A DNA stretch of 64,000 nt, from positions 110,732,001 through 110,796,000 of the forward strand of contig NC_091979.1 in assembly GCF_044704955.1 (NCBI RefSeq), read 5' to 3'. Shown here piece by piece: positions 10,308 through 21,587 of the stretch. The notes beneath the pieces were generated by a model. That model saw only the letters and a program-made list of their open reading frames with translations. It was not told the DNA's origin and did no database searches. The DNA comes from Pristiophorus japonicus. Lineage: Eukaryota. Every line of letters starts with the position of its first letter. Within the stretch, counting starts at the first letter, position 1. Made by a program: the position numbers and the translations under genes.

Positions 10308-13300
10308 GAGGACTTTAGAAGAATGAGTAGTGATCTCATTGAAACATATAAATTTTGAGAGGGCTTGACAGGATACATGCTGAGGGGCCGTTTTCCCTGG
10401 CTGGAGAGTCTAGAACTAGGGGTCATAGTCTAAGGATAAGAGGTTAGCCATTTAGGACTGAGCTAAGGAGAAATTTCTTCACTTGGGGGTTGTGAATCTT
10501 TGGAATTCTCTACCCCAGAGGGCTGTGGATGATCAATCATTGAGTATATTCAAGATTGAGTTCGATAGATTTTTGGGCTTGAAGGAAATCAAGGGATAGG
10601 GTGGGAAAGTGGAGTTCAATCATGATCTTACTGAAAGGCAGAGCAGGCTCGAGGGGCCGAATAACCTACTCCTGCTCCTATTCCTTACGTAACAGGGCAC
10701 TTAGCAAATCATAATATAATTAGGCAGAGTCAACACGGTTTTATGAATGGGAAATAGTGTTTGACAAATCTATTAAAAGATTTTTTATGGGTGTAACTAG
10801 CAGAGTAGATAAGAATGGAAGCAGTGGATGTAGAATAGAATACTTGGATTTTCAAAAGGCATTCGATAAGGGGCAACACAAGAGGTTGTTATACAAGATT
10901 AGAGCTCATGGGATTGGGAGAAATATATTAGCTTGGATTGAGGATTGGTTAACAGACAAAACACAGTGGAATAAACAGGCCATTTTCGGGTTGGCAGATT
11001 GTAACGACTAGGGTGCAGCAAGAATCAGTGCTTGGACCTCAGCTATTTACAATCTGTATCAATGACTTATATGAAGGGACCAAGTGTAATGCATCCAAAT
11101 TTAATGATGATGCAAAGCTAGGTGGGAAAGTAAGCTGGGAGGAGGTCGCAAAGGGATATAAACAGGTTAAGTGAGTGGACAGGTGGTGGCAAATGGTGTA
11201 TAATGTGGGGAAATATGAAATGATCCACTTTGGAAGAATAGAAAAGCAGAATACTTTTAAAAAAAAAAGTAGGAGACTAGTAAATGATAGTATTAAGCAG
11301 GATTTGGGTGTCCTTGATTGAGTTTTTTAATGAGGAAACAAGAGGGTTGATGAGGGAAATACAGTTGATGTGTAAATGGACTTCCAAAAGGCATTTGATA
11401 AAGTGCCAGCAAAGTTGAAGCCCATTGAATAAAAGTACAGTGGCAGCATGAATACAAAATTGGCTAAGTTACAGGAAACAGAGAGTAGTGGTGAACAGTT
11501 GTTTTTCGGACTGGAGGAAGTTATATGGTGGTGTTCCCCGGGAGTCGGTACTAGGACCACTGCAGATCTTGATATATATCAATGACTTGGATTAGGATGT
11601 ACAGGGCACAATTTCAAAATCCGCAGATGACATAAAACTTGGAAGTATAGTGAACAGTGAGGAGGATACTGATAGACTTCAAGAGGACATAGACAGGCTG
11701 GTGGAACGGGTGGACATGTGGCAGATGAAATTTAACGCAGAAAAGTGCAAAACGATACATTTTGGTAGGAAGAACGAGGCGAGGCAACTGAAGGGTACAA
11801 TCTTAAAGGGTGTGTATGAACAGAGAGACCTGGGGATATATGTGCCCAAATCATTGAATGCGACAGGGCAGGTTGAGAAAGCGGTTAAAAAAAGCAAATG
11901 GGGGATCCTGGGCTTGCTAAATAGAGGCATAGAGTACAAAAGCAAGGAAGTTATGATGAACCTTTATAAAACACTGGTTCGACCTCAACTGGAGTATCGT
12001 GTCTAATTCTGGGCACCGCACTTTAGAAAGGATGTGAAGGCTTTAGAGGGTGCAGAAAATATTTATAAGAATGGTTCCAGGGATGAGGGACTTCAGTTAT
12101 GTGGATAGACTGGAGAAGCTGGGGTTGTTCTCCTTAGAGCAGAGAAGGTTGAGAGGAGATTTAATAGAGGCGTTCAAAATCATGAGGGGTCTAGATAGTA
12201 GATAGAAATTGTTCCCACTGGCGGGAGGGTTGAGAACCTGAGGACACAGATTTAAGGTGATTGGCAGAAGCACCAACTGCGACGTGATGAAAAACTTTTA
12301 TATGCAGCGATTAGTCAGGATCTGGAATGCACTGCTTGAGAGGGTGGAGGAGGCAGATTCAATCTTGGCTTTCAAAAAGGGAATTGGATAAGTACCTGAA
12401 GGAAAAAAAAGTTGGGCTACAGGGAAAGGGCACAGGAATGGAACTAGCTGAAGTGCTCTTGTAGAGGCTCAACGGGCCAAATGGCCTCCTTCTGTGCTGT
12501 AACCATTCTGATTCCTTGTACACGAATCGCAGAACATTAACATGCAGGTACAGTAAACAATGAGGAAAGCAAATGGTATGTAAGCCTTTATTGCAAAGGA
12601 ATTGGAGTACAAGAGTAAGGAAGTCTTGCTGCAATTATACGAGACCGCGCCTGGAGTATGGTGTACAGATTTGGTCTTGCCTTGGAAGGGGTGCAAAGAC
12701 GGTTCACTAGACTGATTTCTGGGATGAGAAGGCTGTTCTATGAAGGATGATTAGAATGTGCCTATATTCTCTATAGTTTAGAATAATAAGAGTTAATTCA
12801 TTGAAACGTATAAAATTCTTCGAGGGCTTGTCAGGGTAGTTGCTGAGAGGCTGTTTGCCTTGACTGGAATGTCTGGAAGTAGGATTCATCGTCTCAGGAT
12901 AAGGGGTTGGCCATTTAGGACTAAAAAAGAGGCAGTAGAAGAATGGATACAAAATTGGCTAAGGGATAGAAAACAGAGTTGTGGTGAATGGCTGCTTTTT
13001 GGACTGGAGGGAAGTATACAGTGGAGTTCCAAGATTCAGCAACAAGGACCACTGCTGTTTTTGATATATATTAATGACTTGGACATTGTCAAAATTTTTT
13101 CCAAGAAAAACTTGGAAGTGTAGTAAACCCTGAAGAAGATAATAATAGACTTCAAGAGGACATAAGCAGGTTAGTGGAATGGGCGAACACATGGCAAATG
13201 AAATTCAACAGAAAAAGTGTGAAGTGATTCATTTTCGTAGGAAGAATGAGTAGAGACAATACATGGTACAATTTTAAAGGGCGTGCAAGGAGAGAGAGAC

Positions 13301-14195
13301 CTGGGAGTGTTCGCGCACAAATCTTTGAAGGTGGCAGGACTGGTTGACAAAGCAGTTAATAAAACAAACAGGATTCTGGGCTTTATAAATAGAGGCATAA
13401 AGTACAAAAGCCAGGAAGTTATGCTAAACCTATATAAAACACTAGTTCGGCCCTGGCTGGAGTAGTGTGTTCAACTCTGGGCATCACACTTTTGGAAGGA
13501 CGCAAAGACTTTGGAGAGGTTTACTGGAATGGTTCCAAGGATGAGGGATTACAGTTACATGGATAGATTGCAGAAGTTGGGGTTGTTCTCCTTAGAACAG
13601 AGAAGCCTCAGGGGAGATTTGATAGTGATATTTAAAATCATGAAGGGTTTAGATAGTTAATAAAAAGAAATTATTTTCAATGGCTGACCGGTCGATAACC
13701 AGAGGGCACAGATTTAAGGTGATTGGCAAAGTACCAGAGATGACAAGCGTAAAAAGGTTTTTCCCCAACGAATGGTTAGGATTTGGAATGCACTGCCTGA
13801 TAGGGTGGTGGATACAGATTCAATAGTAGCCTTTGAAAGTGAATTGGATAAATACATGTAGGAGAAAAAAATTGCAAGGATAAGAAGAGCAGGGAGTGGG
13901 ACTAACTGGATTGCTCTTCGAAAGAGCCAGCGCAGACTAGATGGGCCAAATGGCTTCCTTCTGTGCTGTAGTATTCTGTGAAACGAGGAGAAATTTCTTC
14001 ACTTAGGGGGTTGTGAATCTTTGCAATTCTCTACCCCCAGAGGGCTGTGGATGCTCAGTCATTGAGTATATTCAAGACAGAGATTGATAAGATTTTTGGG
14101 AATCAAGGGATATAGGGATAGGGCAGAAGAGTGAGGTAGAAGATCAGCCATAATCTTATTAAATGGTGGAGCAGGCTTGAGGAGCTGTATGGCCG
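10308..14195 (+). mobile_element. Stack of degraded, nested CR1 fragments (inserts at about 11317-12512 and 12925-13980)
   Basis: Repeated RT C-terminal segments and several 3' tails; tccttg duplicated around the 11317 insert. Confidence 0.82.
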
Positions 14196-14199
14196 AGTA

Positions 14200-15070
14200 C
14201 TGAAACTGTGGCCTAACCAACATTTAGGAATTCACAATTATTTCTTTACTCAACGCCCCTTTTTATAAAACTCTAAAATTCTATGGGCCTTTTATTATGA
14301 TTGCAACTATATGTACTCAGACTTTCAGAGAATAATGTATATGAACACCGAGGACTCCTTGTTCATCCATACCCTTCAATGTTTTTCCATTCCTTTGTAC
14401 TACAGGTTCAGCATCCGAAATTCCGAAATTCAGATCGATCGGTGGCGGGGTCGTCCAGAATCCGGAAAATGTTCCGAAATCCAGACATTTTTTGTAAACC
14501 AATTACCACTGCGAGTTGGGCCTAGGGAGGGGGGAAAACACCCCCCAAAAAATTCCAAAAAACAAAAATTCACAAAACATTCACAAAACCCTTACCTACT
14601 AAACCGCTGAAAAATTAAAAAAATTAAAACTTTAACTTACTTTTTTGCAGGTCTTAAACGCAGGTTTTTCCTGGAACCGTCAACCCCTGACCCGGAACCG
14701 CCAACCCCTGACCCACAGCCAAACCCAGACCGGCGAAGTCCCCATCCCCGCTAGTCCCTCCACTGCCCTCTTCCCCCCCCCACCCCCCTTTACCTCGGCC
14801 CAGGCGTTTCCGGATTCAGGACGTTGGAAAGATGTTCTGAAATCGATAAATACCCCAAATTCCAGAACTGCCTCGGTCCGAAGGTTTCCGGATTTCGGAC
14901 GCTCTACCTGTACCAAAATGTATCCACATTAAATTGCATCTGCCACCGATTTGCTTATTCCACTAACCTGTCTATAACTTGTTGAAATCATTTCGAGCCC
15001 CCCTCACTTTTTGTCAAGCCTCCTAATTTTGTGTCATCAGCAAAATTGGAGATTGTGCTCCCTCCCTGTG
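14200..15070 (-). mobile_element. Old CR1 RT fragment interrupted by a Tigger MITE
   Basis: Degenerate DEQGVLGVHIHYSLKV and FADDTKLG on the minus strand. Confidence 0.65.
14403..14910. mobile_element. Tc1/mariner (Tigger/pogo-like) MITE, 508 bp
   Basis: TA on both flanks (14401-2, 14911-2); TIRs CAGGTTCAGCATCCGAAAT / ATTTCGGACGCTCTACCTG. Confidence 0.88.
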
Positions 15071-15082
15071 TTCAAATCCAAA

Positions 15083-15150
15083 ATATATATAAAAATATAT
15101 ATATGTATATATAACTATATATACACACACACACACACACACACAGACAG
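15083..15150. repeat. (TA)n(CA)n compound microsatellite
   Basis: Direct inspection. Confidence 0.9.
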
Positions 15151-15364
15151 AACAAATGTGCACCTCGTAATAATCCCTGGAGCAAAGCACTTTTACCCTT
15201 TCTCCAGTCCTAGCTCAACTCTGGTTACTGCTCATCAACCAACTTTGTATTCTTGCTGCTACATTTCATCTTTTAATCAAAAGCCTGATTTTTTTCTCGA
15301 AGATGCCCCTTGCTGGCTGGAAGGAAGGACGGAAAGATCAAGACCCCACAATCATATAAATGAC

Positions 15365-15500
15365 GGATAATCTGTTTCAGTGATGTTGGTTGAGGGATAA
15401 ATATTGGCCAGGGCACCTGGAGAATTTCCCTGCTGTTCTTCAAATAGTGCCATAGGATCTTTTGTGTCTACCTTAGAGGGCAAATAGGCTCTCAGCTTAA
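15365..15500 (-). mobile_element. SINE central-domain fragment, same family as 20140-20580
   Basis: gtgatgttggttgagggataaatattggcc...caaatagtgcca matches the two longer copies. Confidence 0.75.
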
Positions 15501-15716
15501 AGTTGTATCTCCAACTAAATCTACTGCATTCCCTTCGTCTCTTCAGTCAGTCATTTATAGAAAAGCTTAAATTTGTCAAACCTGACATGCCTTTAACAAA
15601 TCTGTCATTGTCACAGACTCTTTTTGTCAATTCAACATTCTAAGGACATACTTGTCTTCTCTCTGTACCCTAAAAATAGTTATGAATATTTATTTTAAAA
15701 ATCTACAGTCCTAATG

Positions 15717-15852
15717 CAACTTTTTCCATTTTCAATTCCTATGCCCACATTTATAATGGAAACTGCCTGGTATGGTGTAATAGTATTATAAGACGTTTAT
15801 GTAGGCAGTTTTCATTATAATTGGACATAGGAATTTCAAATGGAAAAAGTTG
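15717..15852. repeat. Long imperfect inverted repeat (about 50-bp arms, 34-nt spacer)
   Basis: 15717-15768 is the near reverse complement of 15803-15852. Confidence 0.92.
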
Positions 15853-17287
15853 ACATGAAGTGCATGCAAATAGAACATATTTTAATATAATGTAGATAAT
15901 ATCAAATGAAATACATTACATAAAGATAAGGGCCGAACGTATAAAATAAGGACTGAATTTCTCTGCACGGCCTGGCCCAATTAATGCTGCTTCACCTGAT
16001 GACTACACTTAGTCCTGACAGATCTAGTATACACACATACGTACATCACACACACAGATAAGTCGAAGAACATGGTCATTCTCTTAATCTTCTCGGATAT
16101 CTTGGTGTTGCTTCTCTCTCTCTCTCTCTCTCTCTTCTGCTGTTTCTCTCCCTTGAATTCTTCTTTTTGCTTCTCTCTTTGGCTCATTTGCTGTCTTTTT
16201 GTTGAGTGGGAGGTGATGAATGGCATGACGTGGTCTGGCGGGGAAAGGAGCCACTAACAGTTGCAGGCTGCATTTGGGATGGTGGTTGCAGAAAAATGTG
16301 GTCCCTTAGTGGCTCCCTTCCCATCTCCGACACAATCACTAATTTTTCTCTCCATCTCCTCATTCCCAACACGTACCTTACCCCGTGCCACTATTCATTC
16401 TCCTTCCGACCACTGCCTCACTCGTATCATACCCCCAACCTTTTCTCCTTTAAACTACAAACTCAATCCTGTATTCTCCGCTCCCCCTTGCTTCATTGTC
16501 ACTTACCTCACTCTTAACACTCCACGCAGTCTCTCCAACTTGTTGTCCCCAAGGGTGTGTACAGAGCCCCCCTCCGCCTCCCCTTCACCCTCAACCAATT
16601 TCCTTCCTCTCCTTCTTTATGTTTCCTTCAAAGAGGCTTTGTTTGTTTAATAAATTCAACCTTTTAGAAAATAATAAATCAAATTAGAATGCAGAAAATG
16701 TCTGTCTTTCTCTTTTCCCGGATGGTAGGACGTAGTGTGGCAGGGAACACTATTAACACTGGTCATTTCGGACAAAACAGAAAAAAATAATTTGTTTGCC
16801 TCAAAATTCTCTGACCAGTCTCTTTCTCTCCATCTCTCTGACCTTCAGTTTAATACACTTAAAAAAATTTTGTAAAACATAAAACAAAAAGGTACAACAG
16901 GTACATCACCAGATCAGTTTAAGCTCTCGCTCTCTCTCACACACGCACAAACAAACACTCAATATAAATCTTCTCTGAAGATTTGGAATTTGTATACACA
17001 CAGGCACATACTGTCTTTTTTTTTTAAAAAGCACAATATAAATTTTACCTGGAAGTTTTTGAAATTTGTTTTTCAAAATTATTTCAAGAAAAGCTAGAGT
17101 GTTAGAAGCTGAAGAAAAATATTCCATCAATACAGGTAACTTAAAAGATATCGATGCATCCTGCAAAATGAGGTACACTACACATGCTAAGACTGCGTAA
17201 TCCAAATTCAGCTCAAAAGTCATAGCTCTGGACAAAAATATCAAATCCAAGTCCAAGCTTTTGAGAGCCTGAGGTCTCCAAATAATG

Positions 17288-17507
17288 AAATCATAGAAAT
17301 TTACAGCATGGAAGGCGGCCATTTCAGCCCATATCCACACCGGCTGACCAGCCTCATACCATTTTCCAGCTCTTGGTCTGTAGCCCTGTGGGTTACGACA
17401 CTTCCAGTGCACATCCAAGTATCTTTTAAATGTGGTGAGGGTTCCTGCCTCTACCACCCTTTCAGGTAGTGAGTTCCAGACCCCCACCACCCTCTGGATG
17501 AAGAAAT
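17288..17507 (-). mobile_element. Short CR1 3' end
   Basis: VWNSLPERVVEAGTLTTFKRYLD plus 3' tail. Confidence 0.85.
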
Positions 17508-18269
17508 AACTTTAATGAAAGCATTAAAAGACGCAAAGAACAACTCAGTGGGTACATTTAATCATGCCATTGTGAACGCTGTAATTTACTTGATTTAAAA
17601 AAAAACTTTGTTAAAACTCTTATTTTGGTATTGACATTTTAGTTGCTTGAAAACATTTAAAACGATGTGGGAACCCAGTGGCCAGATTGTACAATAAATG
17701 TTAACGATAAAATAGCAGCGACTGTATCAGCCAATGAGATGGAAGCGGGGCAGGACTAGTCTCTTTTACAGCAAAGTCTATTTACTCAGAAAATCTCAAA
17801 GCAAACAAATTCTATTTCTCAGCAAAGAGTCTATTTAAACAACACACTACAGCAAACGGTCTACAGAATCTATTTGAAAAGAGTCTCTGACCGAGAGGAA
17901 ACAGAACTCATGACTGAAATTACAACAATTTCTCCTAATAAAAGCAGTTGATTTCTCCAGCAAAATGCAGTGAGTGGAGATACTTACATAATACAGATTG
18001 ATTATTTCTCCAACAAATTGTAGTGAGTGGAGGATAGTTACGAACAAATCATGTGTGTAAAATCAATCCCTGTCATTTACAGCAGTGTAGCCTCCAGGCG
18101 TGATTGACGGGGGAATTACCCAATCATCTCCGTTCTGGCTGGAAAGAGTGGCGTCAGTATATACAACCAATAGCAACAGCTGTATGACACACAGCAATGA
18201 CACCTTTTACATTAAAAGGGCCTATCACAGCTATGTACGAAATTTAATACATAGTAAATCATCTTTCCA

Positions 18270-19595
18270 TTAAGTCAATGTATGAATTCCTTCAATCTGG
18301 CTTTCGCCCCTGCCACAGTACCGAAACTGCTCTCGTCAAAGTCACAAATGACATCCTTTGTGACTGTAACAAAGGTAAACTATCCCTCCTCGTCCTTGTG
18401 GACCTGTCTGCAGCCTTTGACACAGTTGACCACTCCATCCTCCTCCAACGCCTCTCCACCAATGTCCAGCTAGGTGGGACTGCACTTGCCTGGTTCCATT
18501 CTTATCCAGAAAATCTCCAGCAATGGCTTCTCTTCCCACTCCCGCATCATTACTTCTGATGTCACCCAAGGATCTGTCCTTGGTCCCCTCGTATTTCTCA
18601 GCGAAATGCTGCCCCTTGGCGATATCATCCGAAAACACGGAGTCAGTTTCCACATGTACGCAGACGACACCCAACTTTACCTCTCCACCACTTCTGTTGA
18701 CCCCTGTTTGGTATCTAAATTGTCAAATTGCTTGTCCGACATCCAGTACTGGATGAGCAGAAATTTTCTCCAATTAAATATTGGGAAGGCCGAACTGCGC
18801 TCCCTAACCACTGGCTCCATCCCTCTCCCTAGCATCAATCTGAGGGTGAACAAGACTGTTCGTAACCTAGGTGTCATTTTTGACCCTGAAATAAGTTTCC
18901 AGCCACATATCCATGGCATAACTAAAACTGCCTTTTTCCACCTCTAACATTGCCCACTTCCGCCCCTGCCTCAGCTCTTCTGCGGTTGAAACTCTCATTC
19001 ATGCCTTTGTTACCTCTAGACTGGATTACTCCAACTCACCCCTGGTCGGCCTTCCACATTCTGCACTACATAAACTTGAAGTCATCCAAAACTCAGCAGC
19101 CCGTGTACTAACCCGCACCAAGTCAAGATCACCCAACATCCCTGTGCTTTCTGATCTACATTGGCTCCCAGTTAAACAACGCCTCGATTTCAAAATTCTC
19201 ATCCTTGTTTACAAATCACTCCATGGACTTGCCCCTCCCTATCTCTGCAATCTTTTTCAGCCTCACAACCCTACAAGATGTTTGCGCTCCTCAAATTCTG
19301 GCCTCTTGAACATCCCTCATTATAACTGCTCAACTATCGGTGGATGTGCCTTCAGTTGCCTGGGCCCTCAGCTCTGGAACTCCCTCCGTAAACCTCCACG
19401 GCTCTCTACCTCTCTTTCCTCCTTTAAGACGTTCATTAAAACCTACCTCTTTAAACAAGCTTTTGATCATCTGCCTTAATTTCTTCTGTAGCTCGGTGTC
19501 AAATTTATCTGTTTGTCTGTAACACTGAAGCGCCGTGGGACGTTTTACTATGTTAAAGGCGCTATATAAATAAAAGTTATTATTAATAATAATAA
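18270..19595 (+). mobile_element. L2 LINE RT and 3' end
   Basis: QSGFRPCHSTETAL, DLSAAFDTVDH, YADDTQLY, LHWLPV and (tta)n tail. Confidence 0.93.
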
Positions 19596-20139
19596 ATATT
19601 ATTCTAAGTAGCTTCTCAGATGAAAAAAATAAACCGGTGCAATCCACATGTTATGCTACTATTTTTTTAGTTAACTTTTGTTCTTGCTTCTTTTCTAACT
19701 ACGCAATCTAACCTATGTTTCTCTGGACATTCTAAAAGATTTGATTCAAGAAACTTCTTTGGACAACTTCAGTTCATTAAATATCACATAAAAGAAATGA
19801 TGTGCACCTGAATAGCTATCAGTTATGTTCAAAAATAAGTCCGTTATACATATAACTGAGTTAAATACACAGTATGTGACTTTAAATGTGACTTGGCTCC
19901 CCTACTGACCTTTCTGTTAGAGAGCCAAACCAGACTCTCCTCCCATTCATATTGAGTTAGCCCAAGACATGGATTTTAATGCTAGCAGGTTTTACAAATC
20001 CGTTTCAATTGTGACGAAATTAAATGAGCTTCTAACAAGTTAAAACAAGTCAAGATAATGTATTTTCCTTAGAGGCTACCCCATTGACCACGTCCCTGTG
20101 GAGCTTTGGGGGAGGGAAGGGAAGGGGAGAGGAGGAAAA

Positions 20140-20580
20140 GAAAAGGAAGGACTTTGCCTTTCATGGCCACCGGATGTCCAACAGCACTTTACAGCCAATG
20201 AAGTATTTTTTGAAGTGTAGTCACCGTTGTAATGTAGGAAACACGGCAGCAAGTTCCCACAAACTGCAATGTGATTGACCAGATAATGTTTTTTTTTTTA
20301 AAAAGTGATGTTGACTGAGGAATAAATATTGGCTAGGACACCGGGATAACTTCCCTGCTCTTCAAAATAGTGCCATGGGATCGTTTACATCCACCTCGGC
20401 AAGCAGACGAGGCCTCGGTTTTACACCTCATCCGAAGGTTGGAACCTCCAACATTGCAGCACTCCCTCAGTACTGCACTGGAGAATCAGCTGAAATTTGT
20501 GTGCCCAAATGTCTGGAGTGGGACTTGAACCCACAACCTTTTGACTCAGAGACAAAGGTGCTACACCAACTGAGCCACAG
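20140..20580 (-). mobile_element. tRNA-derived SINE with L2-like tail (DeuSINE/SacSINE1-like)
   Basis: Minus-strand A box TGGCTCAGTTGG and B box GGTTCAAGTCC; body shared with 52655-53106; family name from recall. Confidence 0.8.
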
Positions 20581-20589
20581 GTGATACCA

Positions 20590-21210
20590 GTTGCAACTTG
20601 AGTTAACATTCTGCAAGCATCTAAGCTATTTGTCTTAACCACTTCTTGTAATAGCGAGTTCCACATTCTAACTACTGAGTGAAGAAATTTCTCCTTATAT
20701 CCCTATTGGATTTTTAAAACTCTATTGTATTTATGGCCCCTAATTTTGGATTCTCCCACAAGTGGAAACATTCTCTCCACATCTACCCTGTCCAACCCAT
20801 TCATAATTTTAAAGACCTCTATCAGGTCACCTCTAAGTCTCTTTTCTAAAAAAAAAGCCCCAACCTGTTCAATCTTTTCCGATAGTTGTAATCTCTCAGT
20901 TCTGGTACCATCCTTGTAAATCATTTTTGCACATTCTCCAGTGGTTCTAGGTCATTTTTTATAGTATGGAGACCAGAACTGTGCACAGTACACCAAGTGT
21001 GGCCTGACCAAGGCCCTATACAAGTTGAACATAACTTCACTACTTTTGAATTCTATATACCTAGAAATAAATCCGAGTGCTTTGTTATAATTTTTAATTG
21101 CTTTGCTGACCTGAATTATTTATTCACCTATACACCTTGATCACTTTGCTCTTCTACCCAACTCAGTTTAAAATTTTGTAAGGAATAGATGATGTTTCTA
21201 TTCTTCTTAC
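20590..21210 (-). mobile_element. Degraded CR1 3' fragment
   Basis: EKRLRGDLIEVFKIMNGLDRVD, WNSL. Confidence 0.8.
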
Positions 21211-21587
21211 TCCCTGCTCTCGCTCACACCAACTCAAATTTTAAATCTCATCCTTGTTTCTAAATCCCTTTGTGGCCTCACCTCTCTTTGAAGTAACTTC
21301 CTCCAGCACTACAATCGCATCCCTTCCACTCTCTCTTTCTCTGACACTGGAAACATATGCATTACCCTCTCCCTTCACCCCATCATTCACTGCTATGCTT
21401 TCTGCTGTCTCGGCCCCACAATCTGGAATTCACTCCAAAAACTCTCCTTAAAACTGACCAACCTTTTGGTCACCTCTTGATATCTTTTTTTTAGCTAATT
21501 ATTCATTTTTTGATTACATTTCTGTGTAGCATTTGGGGATTTTTTTCTACGTTGAAGGTGCAACATAAATGCAACTTCTTGTTGTTG
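21210..21587 (+). mobile_element. Degraded L2 3' end
   Basis: ttttaaatctcatccttgtt, tctggaattc and gttgttg tail as in other L2 copies. Confidence 0.7.

Noticed and set aside
16100-16700. Several overlapping ORFs in a pyrimidine-rich stretch
   Set aside because: Low-complexity composition explains the open frames; no recognisable domain
16906-17490. 194-aa minus-strand ORF extending into unique DNA with a donor-like site at 17048
   Set aside because: The first third is a CR1 tail, the rest has no UBR3 similarity, and the nearby acceptor (17161) gives an early stop in phase 1
20510-20580. tRNA-like A and B boxes
   Set aside because: SINE head attached to a SINE body; not a tRNA gene
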